From NCBI GenBank assembly GCA_012295275.1, contig CM022665.1, positions 8,680,001-8,744,000 on the forward strand: a DNA stretch of 64,000 bases. Reading direction: 5' to 3'. The notes under the pieces are model-generated. The model was not told the origin of the DNA, ran no database searches, and saw only the letters and a list, made by a program, of their open reading frames with translations. Of this stretch, positions 12,681-26,750 are shown one piece after another. Both the position numbers and the translations under genes were made by a program. This stretch comes from Chrysomallon squamiferum (taxonomy: Eukaryota > Animalia > Mollusca). The number at the start of each line of letters is the position of its first letter. Position 1 is the first letter of the stretch.

Positions 12681-15600
12681 TGGAACTTTGTAATGGTTAA
12701 AATTATGTATGTATGTATGTTACTTATCACTGTACAATATTAAATTTTACTTATCACTGTACAATATTAAGAATAGTCACCCTTTGAAAAACTCTGGCCT
12801 TTTTTTTTTTTTTTTCTTTTCTTTTAACTTTATAAAAAAAAAATCATCTTTAAGTAAATCATGCTTTACCGAATATATGACATTATAGTGCCTGAATTTT
12901 AATAAATTAGCATATAATAACCTCACTAATTCTTTCCATACCACCATGTATTGTGGCATTATCCCATAGTCCTGGTGTGACATATGTCACTTTCATCTAC
13001 AGGTGTTTTATTCTCTATAGACCAATTACCCCATGTCAACAAGAAACTGCTGTCTCTCAATATGTGCAAACAAGAATTACTAGACCATTCTGCTACAAGT
13101 ATTTGTCATCTGAATCTAAATCAACAGGATTTTTTTTGTTACTTTCTTCTTTCTCTGTTTCTCTTTATAGTGTGACCATACTGCCCTTTCATATAATTAA
13201 ATAGCAGGGGTTATCTTTGTTCATTTAAAAAGAATAATAATGTTTTCTCTCTTTCTCACCTATTTAACAGTTCAAAGTTGTGAGAGTGCTCAATCAGGCT
13301 TCTCACTGGAAAAATGAATACATTATCAGAGATGGGATTCACTTACACTAACACATCATATCAATGGCTTCAGTTATATCCTATTACTAGCTTCAAATAA
13401 GGAAACTCTTGGATTCTCTGATTGGTTTTGAGTTAGAACAGTTTTTACATGCTGGTCAGTGCTTTTAGCAAGTCACAGTTAGGCTGATGTTTCAAAATAT
13501 TAGAAAAAGTAACTGTATCTTTCTAATTAACTTTGGAGGAGCCACAAGTATTAAGAGACCATTACTGTTACCATTAATTTTGGTGTTCTGTTAAAATAAA
13601 TCAGTGAAGCTGTTGCATTCCATGAAACATTGTACAAATGCTTGCACCAAAGTGTCAAAGAGTTAAACACATAGTGAAAGATAAAGCAAAACAGAAAATA
13701 TTGATTCAGCATATTTAATAAATAAATTGAAAAATCTTATTTTGATTGAGAATAAATTCAATAAAGGCTTTTATTAATTCCATTAAAAACATTGCGAAAC
13801 AATCATATCTTCATATTGTAACTTTTATCTTTATTCATAATCATACATATTAACAAAGAAAGGTGTTTATGGAAAGCTTAAAACAGCTTTAGTGAGATAA
13901 ATAATTTCATTAATGCTAAGCTGATGTTAATCTTCATAGTTAACTGTATTTTTGTGTTTATTGAAATTTGTTTGTATTCCAGCATCAGTAATCGTTTGAT
14001 CTTCATTGGGGTTCACCACTTTCCACTTATTTTATTGTTGAAGTTTATTGTTCACTTGTGAAAAGATTTATTTTAAGATTTGTTCTGCATTTTATCAGTT
14101 AAATCAGGTGCAGGTTTGTCAGTTTATGAATCAGATATATACAATGCTATTGTTGCCTGTTGATAAAAGTGTTTTAGAACTCTTGTAGCCACTCAGCTGT
14201 GGACATGTTTGCAGCTAAATGGTTCTAGTTTTGCCCTATTGGTTTAACCTTTGCTTGAATAGATTAATAGAAAAATTTAATATGAGGCTAATGGGCTGTT
14301 TGCTTTATAAAATGACCATTGATCTTTTATTGATACATCAGGGAACATGACCAGAGGCAATCAGCTTAAATGCCAATACCTCAAGAGCAGAAATATTTTG
14401 ACTCGCCATATCCTGTCGTAATGGATGGAAAAACTAATGTGGAGTGTATTGGTTTTAGTTTTTTCATGATGCTGATGGTCAATAATTGATCTTATTATGA
14501 TCTGAAAGAATAATAACTCAGTCTAAATGACCAGTTAGTTTTTCTTTTATGTATATTTGTCCTTTTGTAGGTTTCTAGGATGAATTTCTATACTATCTTT
14601 TGTCAACCTGTTTAAGTAATATGGCTTCATTTTATGAAATTATTTCTTGATCCCCACCTTTCATTGAGGAATTGTGATTGTGTTTCTGTTTATGATAAAT
14701 AGTTAACTAATTCTTTGTGAAAGTTGTATTATACAACAATCCTGACACTCTTCTCCCAATAATTAACTGCACAGTTTGAAATCTAACAGTTGTACTTGGT
14801 GTTGATTTCACAGGTCATTGGGTTCTGTGAAATACTTCTCAGTTTCTGGTTTTGTGCTGTCTTAACCTTTGTTAATTCAGAATGTGTCATCTAGAAAGTT
14901 CTTTAAATTAAGTGTATTATTACAATTACCTTTCTAATGTAAATAATTCAGAGCTGCTTTTGATAAAAAGAACACTTTTTTTCATTTCTTCGCCAGTATC
15001 TATAGAAATGTTATAAATTTCAAATATATTAGGCTTGTTTACCTAATGCATATAAATGAAATATGGAGATATTAAAATGTTTTGTATATTATGATGTATT
15101 CTTGATACCAAGAAAAAATTATAATCAGTCTGTTCACTTTTCAAATGTTTTTAAAATCAACAGTTATATCTTTTATAATAACATTTATGGATATTTATTA
15201 CTTAGACCTTTTTCCTCCACAAAGACTCATATTTATATTAATATATCTATGAAATGCAGAAGTTCTTGTCAACCAATTATTTCATTACCATATCATTTTA
15301 ATTTAGTCCAAAAATTAAAAAAGAAAAAAAAAAAAAAAAAAAAAAAAAAAATGATAAGGTAATAATAATGGGTTTCCTCTATCAGTATCTGTATATATAT
15401 ATAAATCATAAATAAAACATTTTTGCTTTTGCTAATTTTTTCTTGATCATTTCTTATGTAGAAATTTATATCTACAAGAATTATCTTCACTAGAAAAAAA
15501 AAAAAAAACAAAAAAACCTTATTTTTTCAATGCCAAATCTGTTTCCATTCTCTTCTTTAAATAGGCAGTAAGCCATTTTTCAAGTCTTTTTCTTGTATTT

Positions 15601-17019
15601 TTACAAATCTGTAGATGATGTTTAGCAGATGAATTCATAAAGTGCCTCAGGCCATCTTTTTAATATTTCCACACACATGTAAGTGAGATTTTGAGATCAG
15701 GCACATTACACTATCTGATGGTGTTAGATTTGACCCTGATGCTATGTGTAAGCTCTTGCACTTGTAGAAAACTTGTGCCTAAGGGACCAGGAGAAATTCA
15801 TGTCTTGACTTCACCTGTGACTTTGTGTCTGTTTTATCTTACTTGAACTTCATCACATTTTGGTCACCCAGAAGTCATAAAAATGTAACAATTACTGTTA
15901 CAAATGTTTGGAAAAAAATTTTGGTTTTACTTTCCCTTTAGTTTCATTAAGAAGCACTGCATTAAACAAATTACATTATATTAACTGCATGAAAAGAAAT
16001 ACATATATTCGTAGCTGAAGTACTCAGCTTTTTGTCAGTGCACATTGTTTTGTTTATACTAACAGTGAATTTCATCTGAAGTAACTTGCTAATACAACAG
16101 TCACTGGCAGAAAAATGTTGACCTTTTACTCCGAAAACAAGACAGGAATCCTCAACTGTTTATTAATGTCAAAGAAAAATGAATATTTCCTAAGACAAAA
16201 ATCTATCTTGACAGAACTCTCTTCAGGCTTTGCACATTTTGCTGTTTTTGTACAAGGGAAAAAAAAGGAAAAAAAGAATAGCTATGGTACTGAAAGGATG
16301 ATTTGATATTACACAGATTACATTATCGATAATTTAAGGAGATTATTATTGTTGTATAGTTTTCAAGTGTTTATAATGTATATATGTATATAAATATATG
16401 TGTGAAAAATACTTGCACTGAATATTTCTGCTTTATTCTTCTCTTTATATGCAAATATTTTTTTAAATGTTATGTGTTGATGCTGTTTCTTTATGTACAT
16501 ATGTGATGTGCATACATATATGTATGTATATGTGTTGTTTTCAAACGCATGTGATGGGATGTGTGTATATATACATATATCAGTGTGTGAGTATGAAAGA
16601 ATCATTTTTGAGCTACATCTGTTATATTAAAAAAAATCACATAATTATTCTTATTTTTTATTTATTAACCATTACACATTTTCTGAAACATGAGACCAAT
16701 ACAATTAATGTTGTTACACATTTTGTGTTTTGACATGTATATGTTATGATATTTTCTGTTTTGACATGTATATCATTAATGCTATATTGTTTTACATGTA
16801 TGAACATTATTTACTTAAAATCTGATTTATGTGTACTGGATGTTTTTGTACCATACCATTTATTCATCAAGTTTGGGACTGGAGGTGACCCACGTTTATA
16901 ATTTCTCTTGTTTCTGGAACTTGGCTTAATACACTTAAAACATAAAATAATGAAAAGCAATGAACAAAATTGAATTTAACACATGCAAAATAACAAACTT
17001 CTAGAAATGGATTTCTTGT

Positions 17020-17053
<34 letters not shown>

Positions 17054-20000
17054 GACGGTGGATAAATGGTCTGGTATATGTACATAACCAGTTAATTAAC
17101 TGAAAAAAATATAATATATATATATATGTATATATAAAATTATATACTGACCTTTGGACCTGGGTATAATTATCCATTAAAATTCCATCAAAAGGTTAAT
17201 GCTATTGATCAGAAATTTTTGAAAAGTTTAAAACAAAATTACATAAGACATATTTGGTAATACATCTTGACATGCCACATTGAAATAGTTGTAATTATTA
17301 ATCTGTGGCAGCACTGAGATCTCAATGTCATGTCAAAATAAGTATCACACTAATTAGATATGTTTATTGTAAACTGTGAAATCATTATTTTGATATCAAC
17401 TTGATAAGCAAAGTCGGTTCATGCTAATAAGAATAGTTATTTAATGGTTTTAAATTGAAAGAATAAACATAATGCAAGTCAGATAAAAACATTATTTTTG
17501 AACTAATGTTTTAAGTGAATCATTAATTTCTGATATAATTTAAGAACTGAATATGATTTATACTTTAAACTTTAAAATGAGTTACTACAATAGTAACTGT
17601 CAAAATTTTAAAGTTTCAAAAACCAATATATTTTTTCTATAAATAATTATGTACATGTATTTAGCTTAATTTGTATAGTCATACATTTTACATAATTTTT
17701 TTTTTTCTCTTTCAAATCAACTATTGATCATCCCAAAGATTTCAAGCAAAAGTTTGTTGAACTGTAGTAGTAATAGTGACAAGAACATCACCACCACCAC
17801 CACCACAACATCAACAATAATAATAATTGATAATATTGAAAAAAAAAATATTCCACACTTAATAACTGTGGTATCTGTATGTCAAATCCAGTTTATGTGA
17901 TCTATATCTATTTCTGTAATCTATTACTCTCTTTTAGAATGGACTATAGGTTAGTAATTTGAGTCATTTCATCCATGTATTTAGGATTGTCCTAAATATT
18001 TCTTCTTGTTCAGGTATTTATGTTTTATTGACAATGTCTAAAAAGCATTGTCATTGGTAAAATCTGTAAAAAAAAAGTTCTCCTGCTGTTGTAAGATGTA
18101 AGTAGATTATTATTATTATTATTTATTTATGTTTTATTATTATTGTTGTTATTATTTTTTATTTTTTGTTCTTTAGACCCTTGATCCTTATTTGTTTGAT
18201 TAATGATAGCTTGTTGTTAATGAAATGTTTTTGTAAGTTTATCATACATGTATCTTGTCAAACTAAAAGATAAATTATTCCCAAAACTCATGTATGCCTA
18301 TGTGCATTTGTTTCATTTGTTGCATTTGATTAATAATAATATCTGTAAGGAAATGATAATTTCAGGGCAATAAATACATTGTATTTAATCAAATGCAGAG
18401 ATATTGTGATTGTAGCAACATTATTGTATTTTATAAAATTTAAAGAATGCACAGATTTATGTAATAGACTTTTTGTTCAGCCTTTTTAAATAGATATAAA
18501 TATTGATTTTATTTTATTAAAGTAATAAATAATAGTTATTTTATCTGGAATCCTGTGGGGTAAAACAAAAACAAATAATCTTAAATATGTAATTTTATAT
18601 CCATTATCATCATTTAATACTTTGGTGGGTTCATATATATATATATTTTTTAATTATTATTAAAAAAAAAGGGTTTTTTTTACTTTAATATTTTCTTTCA
18701 TTTCAGTTTCTTTTCTCAGTTTTTCATTTAAATTTCTTTTTTACTTTTACTGACTCATTTCATTACTGTCTACCAGACTTACAAATGTAACGATTTTTAA
18801 GATTAGTCGACTTACCTGGTTTAATCTTCAGATTTAAACGCACAATATTTTCTTGTAAAATAACTGAAAATAATCTTGTACTTAACAAATGATCATGTCT
18901 TAGCAAGAAAATGTCAAGGAATTTTAATGTTTATCCTTGTGAAGTGCAGTCAGAGGGGTCATGGTGACCTGCCTTTTCCTGTTGGATGCTATGAATTACA
19001 AAACATCCAAGATGTTTGTGGCTTCAGAAAACAATCGACTCTTTGATGTTTCATCTTCCTGCATTGACAGAAAGTCTGCCATGTCTTACAACATCAGCTC
19101 TTTGTCAGCCCAAAACTGTCATAACAACAGAAAATGTGTCAAGCTAATTACATCAGAATAAGAAACATTATGTAAATCCAAACATTTTGGCCAGGCATAT
19201 TGTAATATCAGCTAATTAAAAATAATGTTATATAAATTATAAAAGTTTGATGATACTGATAAATCATAAGTTTCTTTTAAAAAGCAGCAGTATGAATCTG
19301 TTGAAATCAAGAGATGGGTGTGAATAAGTACTTCAGGTTTTTAGGAAATATAATTAACTGCATATTAAACTCAGAATTTGCTTAAAATTTTCAAAAGTAA
19401 ATAATCTTTTTTAAAAAAGAAAGAAGGCAAAAAAACTTTTCGATTTTTTATCTTTAAATTGTTTCAATAACAGTATTTTAAGACTTTGAATAACTATAAT
19501 AATTAATTTTTTTATATATTTATTCAGAATTAACAACAAATACTATTCGACATTTTTAAATCTGTTTTCTATTTTTTTATTTTTTTTATTTATTAAGTTA
19601 AAGGATCCTAGCCATTTCAATATTTGCCTTTAAACTTTGTCTATTTTTTCTCAGGTATAACCATTGAGATAGTTTTATAATAACACCACGTTGGTCAAGA
19701 CGGGATATCTACATGATATGGGTCTACTTGAGAGAATTAATGCTAAGATCAATGATACAGCAAGAGCTAATCTTTCAATTGTTCTTTAAGGAGTGTTCCA
19801 TAAATTTATTGTACAAAACCTGGCAGCACCACATTGGTCAAGAGCAGATCTTCATTTGATACGAGTGTGCTTTGTGGAATTAATGTTGAGATCCAGGATA
19901 GAGTCAGAAGTAATCCTTTAATTGTCAGTGAATTAGTTTTGTGGAACCAGGCTTTGTATGGTTTATATATCTGATATGTGGGTCTAATTGGAAATAATAA

Positions 20001-22206
20001 TGTGAATAGTTAATGAATGAAATAATAATAATAATAATAATAATATTGTTATCATTATTATTAATAATATTGTATCATTTTCATCATCTTCATTGTCATC
20101 TGTGACAATTTATAGAATTTACAAATTCCATTCTACCATTATAATTGTGTACAAAACATTAGTCTAATCACACATAACAAAATACTATTACAAAACAGTG
20201 CAGCAAAGTCAAATCTAATCAAAAAACTGTTGTGTGCGTTTTTTATTCTTTTTTTTTTCTATTTCCTTTCACCAAGCAAAATGTCTTTCTTAATTAGATT
20301 CCTTACATAGCCAGCAGCATCTGCTGACTCCAGTATTTTATATTTTATTTCCATTATTGGGTCTCATGGGCAACACAGCCTCTGGCTATTAACAGGTTGG
20401 TGAACTATGATTTGGCTCTGTCAGCATTGATAGAAAAACAAATATAGAATGGATAAAAGCTGTGAAAACATTGTTGACTTCTAATTAATTCATTAAAACT
20501 GCAAGATGTAATATGGCTGAAATTTATCAGCAGTAATTCCTGAACTTAATCTGACAGGCACCACCAATTACCAAGGATGTAATCTTGGCACCAGCCCTGC
20601 TATTGTTTCAGCGTGAAATCATAGATAATTGTCATCCTGACCTTGCAACTGATAAAACTATTAAACGAAGAGGCCAGAGTGGTATGGGAAGTTTTTCTAA
20701 TTAAAGCTGAGGCTAACCTTTGATCTGAACTATTCTGTGTGCATTAAAATCTTGTCTGTTTTGTTAACCTTTCTGTCGCCTCAGTTCTTGTTTTGGCAGT
20801 ATGATGGTTCAGGTAATCTTCATTATTATTATTATTATTATGTGGAACAGACTTCATATAATCAACTTTTAAAAAAATATATATATATATATATTTTACA
20901 TTATTTTATTTATTATTATTTTTTGTTAGTTATTATTATTATTCTTCTTATAAACATCTAAAGTGATCTAAATTGTAGTTGTTATAAAAGTGTTAATCCA
21001 TTACTGACATTTGTTACTTCATTTGAGTGAAATTAATGAGTATTAAATAATCATGTATCATATATCAAAACCATGTCTTATTTTATAACTGAATGTTAGG
21101 CAAGGTGATCAACAGTGTCATAACAAGTGTTTCAGACATAAAACTCAATAAACTAATTAGTGGTAGCAATAGATTTTGAAAGTTTTAACACTTCTCTGAT
21201 TAATTTTAAACAGTCCTTAATTTCCTATCAACTGTAGTTTCTCAACAACAATAGGAAATGTGAGCAAGAGTGATTGATTACTAATGATTATTGATAAAAT
21301 AAATATTTAACAACAGGTCATTATATTTTTATATTAATGGTTATTAGATGGTGTCAGATTTTGTTGATTTTTTTCATATAACAATGATATGAAAGAAAAT
21401 TCAGTTGCTTTCACACATTCTGAGTTTTCCTTAAAGTCAGCAACAAGATATATTTTATATTCACCTTCTCATTAAAAGGAAAGAAAATAGCACAGGCTTT
21501 ATTAAACAAGTTGTGGGTTTATTTACCTAATCAGTACATTGACTGGAATTGATCTTCATATCAGCACAATAACTGTTGAGTTTTAGTCATCTTTAATTGT
21601 TTATAGAGCACATTTGTAAAGTAATTTTTCTTTATTTCTGATTTATATTCATTGACATTTATACAAGTGACATCTTTACTTCTGTGTTGAAATCTTATTA
21701 CTACTTTTTAGTTTTTTTAATATATTTTACAATTCTCTTTTCCATATCTTGTTTGCAGGTGGTGATGTTGATAACAACAAAAAAATGGATATTAGTCCCT
21801 TTTTTTTTTTCTTTTTTTTTTTTTAAATGCTGTGAAATATAAGTAAAATGTTTATTGTTGAAATTATTGACATTTGTTGTCAAAAGAAAAATGGCTGAAA
21901 CACTCTACAAAAGAAAACTAAAACTATTTTTTAAACCAGTGGTGTTTCTTGTCAAATCGGTCTTCAGACAAAACCAAAAATGTTTTTGGGAGCTTGACAC
22001 ATTGTAATATAAAAGGTTATTTTGTATTACTACTATTTTCCATATCTGCAAAGATGGTGTCATGGAAGACCTCAAAGGAAATAAATCTGTTGACTTTTCA
22101 AGCTGTCCTTAATTTTCATTTAATGTACTTTATATTCTTTGTTATTTATGTGTTCATGTACTTTAATGTATATGTTTGAATATTCAATAGCATCAAATCA
22201 GATGTA

Positions 22207-23311
22207 AACTAACTCATCACATCTTATTTTATCAGTTAGAAAAAAAATGAGTTATGACCACAACATCTATAATTTAAATATAAACAAAGACAAAATACCT
22301 TACAGTCAGAATATGCCAATTGTATAATTACTTCAAAACATATATTTTAAATATAAATTTACTGAAAATATCTCATTATCAGAATGTCACTTGTTTAATG
22401 ACTATAACAATAATAGTTAAAGACTAGCTAATTCAGCATATCTCAATATCAGTTACAGTATGTCAGTTGTAGAATGACTGTAACACTAATATTTTATATT
22501 TAAACAACTCCAAATACCTCATTATCATTTACAGTATGTCAGCTATATGATGATTTAAACATTAATGGTTTAAATATAAACTAACTCAAAATATCTCATT
22601 ACCAAAGTGACAAGTTTATAATGACTGCAACATAAGAGTTCAATTAAAACAATATGTAACTGACATGGATACAGTCTAGCACTTCTGACACCTGCATGGA
22701 GGAAACTCCACATACAAATAGGAATTCCTGCACTGGATGAGCATGCAGGAAGAGGCCATCATTTGGACAGAACTCTGTCAATTGTAAGATGTAAACAATG
22801 CAGTTTGATGTTTTCACTATGAACACCAGGGAAGTACATAATGACCTTGTGTTGTAACCAGCATGACACAAGTCATAAGTGTGAGTATACAGCATTGTCA
22901 AATATTACCACAAGTCTCAGGGAACATTAATGAGTTATTGCTTGTGTTTGAAGTAGGTGAACTGATTATGTAATTGAATTTCTTGTATTTTTTTATTTTT
23001 ATTTTTTATTTTTAATTTCATCATGAGTTATGATTAGAGAAGGAATGATAATATTTTTTCTTTATTAATTGCTATTGTGTTGCTTTTTTTTTGTTTATGT
23101 GTTTTTTTTGGGGGTTTTTTGTTGTTGTTTTTTTTTTTTTTTGAAGGGGTGTGTGTGTTTTAGACATATATTATATTGTCTGTGTAATGCCAAACATTGT
23201 TCTTGGTAGAAACCTAATTAAAAAAAAAAAAATATATATATATATATTAACCAAAATATTCTTATTTGAAATTGAAATGTCTTTTTGGTGACCCAAATAA
23301 TATATTAATTA

Positions 23312-23361
<50 letters not shown>

Positions 23362-24015
23362 TTTTGAATTTGAAAAGAATAAATATATAAAATATTAACT
23401 TGATATTTTGACTGGATTTTTCCATTTTGTTTTGTTTATGCAGTCAAGAAAAGTACAAATAAAAATATTCAAAAATAATGATCCACTAATTAGTTTGTTT
23501 TTCTGTGAAGTGTTAAAGAATCTAAAAATAAAACTTTTATATTTTTTAGACTTTACAAAGCACAATGAAATGTGAATTGTGAATTACAATCATTTATTTA
23601 TGTCACTTAAAAAAAACACTAATGACAGTTCACTTTGACAAATCACAGGCCACATAGAAAAAGTAATTAATCTATTAGAAATGACATTTTTGCACAGTGA
23701 AATAGTCTGATAGTGAGATAGAATGAAACAGTCTATATTTCAGTATTAGAGTTGAAGTTATTGTATAACTGACAATGAGATATTTTAAGTTCTTGTACTT
23801 GTCATACAACTAACACATTGTATATAATTAGATACACTGAGTTAGTTTGTATTTAATCTATATTGAAATATTATTATTGTAGTAGTACAATTGACATATT
23901 CTAAGTAATAATGAGATACTTTGAGGTAGTTTGTATTTAAACTGTATTTAACTATTAGTGTTGTAGTCATACAGCTGACATATTCTAAGTAATAATAAGA
24001 TGCACAGAGTTAGTT
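22207..24015. mobile_element. Foldback-like relic: inverted arrays of ~75-85 bp subrepeats
   Basis: Array ~22207-22640 (AACTAACTC..ATATCTCATTA..ATGTCAG..ATGACT) is the reverse complement of array ~23745-24015 (AGTCAT..CTGACAT..TAATGAGATA..GAGTTAGTT). Confidence 0.55.
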
Positions 24016-25391
24016 CAACCACCATCAGTTCTTGTTTAACAAGTTAAATGAACTGGGAAAACTAAAACAAAGCTAAAGGCCAGTGGTCATACAAAGTTAG
24101 TGGACAGTACTGAGACTAGATTCTGCCACTAACGTTCAAATAACCACCAAGGACAGTGTTTGCTGAATATATTGACATAAATTGAGGTTAATTAACAGGT
24201 GGTATTTGATCTTTTAGAGTGAAGGTTTTGTTTGACTTGTGTAGTCTCAGATAAAAGGAGATCAGGTTGTTTGTGTTAGGATTTGAATCAGTCAGAAATT
24301 TAAATATAGCTGCTACATTTTTATGACTGTATTTTATTATTTCAAAGACTTGATTTTTGTATGCTTTAGTACTTTCTACTGCAGTTAGGGTTTTTTTTAA
24401 AGAAAGGAATAATAAAAATTAATTTTGAAAACAGAGAATTAAAATATGGATTGCAGATTTGTATTTGAAGGTGGAAGTATTTGTAAAATGGTTTATGTAA
24501 AGAATTTTGTTATTTTTTCAGGCTTAGTTAATTTCATAATCATATAGGTAACTTGTATAGATATACATTCACAATTGTATTAGCACACACATGTAACATA
24601 AACCAACTTTGTCAGAAAAAACACAACAAACTGGTATTAAAAATATGCAGCAGGTATTCTTTCAGTGTGACTAATCTTGGTTTTGTAGCTCTATAAAGAG
24701 ATTTATTTTTTATTTAAAGTATTTGTATTTGTTTATTCATGGTTTTCAGCTCTTACCTCTTTTCATAAGGAGTTTTTAGGTTGGTATATCTGTAATTTTG
24801 TTTTGATTGGTGATTTGGTGGCAAAAAATAAAAAAAAAAATAAAAATACCCTGTGCCCTGTTTTGTCTGTGGCTGATGACTACATAACACTGTGTATTAT
24901 GTTCAAGATGGTACTACTGTTATGCCTTGTGTTCAGTGGGTCAGATGTGAGTCAGGAGTATTTTGTTGCACATACATTACATCAATGTAGGGACCTGTTT
25001 ACTACTCATTGTTTATATACTTCTTTGGTTTATTATACAGTTTATCCAGTGATAACCTTTTCAAGTGTTTTTTTTTTTTGGGGGGGGTCTTTTAGATTCA
25101 ACTGTTTTTGAGGGTTTTGTAAAAAAAAATAATAATAATCTATTATTATTTTTGTTTCACTATCCTTATTTTTCTTATTTTTGACATTAAATTTTAGTGA
25201 TAATCACTAATAAATTTTTTAAAACAAAATGTTCCATATGTCAAGACAGCATAATGTGACAATTGTGTTGTTGTAGAAAGATGTCTGAAATGCTTTTAAA
25301 TTAATTGTGGTATTTTCATTATTTAAAAATATTTGTTCTAGTACAAGTTAAAACCACCCACTTTCAAGAGGATTATAGCAATATTTTTTTT

Positions 25392-25427
<36 letters not shown>

Positions 25428-26552
25428 TATATAAATATTATCAGATAAATGAGTTTAAAAATATCTTAATGACTTTTCTGTTCCATTTTCCTCAGTAACC
25501 ATTGACAAATACTCAGCATATAATTATGGTAATTTCAAGCTCATACATTTTTAAAACATTTACAATTACTGATTTATGTTTTCTATTTCACACAACTTAA
25601 TATTATAATAGCATTTTTGATCTTGTGCTTGTAACCTTAAATTAAATTTCAATCAGTTTATCAATTATTATTCATATGCTATTGTTAATAACTTTAATTT
25701 AAAAAATATAGCTACTTTTTATTTATGCTTAGCTAAATTAAAATTATTTCAGTTATGTTATATTTTGATCTGTTGCATTTCCTTCCAACCACTCTCAAGT
25801 TCTTTTTATCCTTACAGGATTTCTTAACAGTTTAACATGTCTGTGACAGCTTCTTCATTTTAGAAATCAAAGAATGTTTGAGAGTCTAGGAATTGTTATA
25901 AGGAAGGAAGAATTTTGATTGATTTTGCTGTTTATTTTGGAGTGTCTCGACATTCCTTCCTACACAATAGACAGTTTTGATGATACTGTAAATTTAAATG
26001 TGCTCTTGGTTTTTCAATACTGTTGCACTTTTTCATTTCTTTTCATTTCTTTTTAGATATTTTTTTTCTTGAAATTTTCAAGACTTTTAAGTTTGCAGTT
26101 TACAGTTCATAAAAGATAAATTTTCTAATTTTTCTAGTACTATTATTTGAAAAAAAATAAAAAAAAAAAAATGTTTTTATTCAAGTGTATCTTAGGTGAT
26201 TATACATGCTGTGTCTATAGTTGTTAATTATATAATCATGAGGGTAACAGGAATTTATGATTATCTTGTAGAGATTATATATAAAGTGTGGCTTATTTTA
26301 TTATTCTATTTTACAGCCCCTTATTTGCAGTAAATGTCAAGGATAAACATGGGTTCAGCAAATAATAATGTGGAGTTAACCCAGCCACTGAAAACAGAAA
26401 TGTCACAGTTATATTCAGTTTCTTATTTCCATTCTGATATGCAAAAATTGTTAAAATTTAACTCCAGTTTTTGTTGGTTATTTTTTTTTATTTGTTTTTT
26501 TTTTCCATAATTTTTTTAATATATTAACTAAATATTATAGAGAAGAAAGATG

Positions 26553-26750
26553 TGCGTTATCGTTTAATGGTTGAGTGCTGGTCTAAAGAATAATTATGTT
26601 TTAGGATTAAAGCATCTAAATGTATCCGCTGGCTCTTTCCCTTTTCCAGCTGCTTAATCAATACAATGGTTTGCAATTTTGATTTTATGGCTAGGTAAAT
26701 ATAAAAATTACTTTTAGCTAATTGGTAAGAGTGGTCCATTAAGTGGTGAT
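26553..26750 (+). mobile_element. Highly degraded SINE copy with tRNA-like head
   Basis: A-box-like GTTTAATGGTTGAGTGCTGGTCT followed by CCGCTGGCTCTTTCCCTTTTCCAGC and GCTAATTGGTAAGAGTGGTCCAT. Confidence 0.3.
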
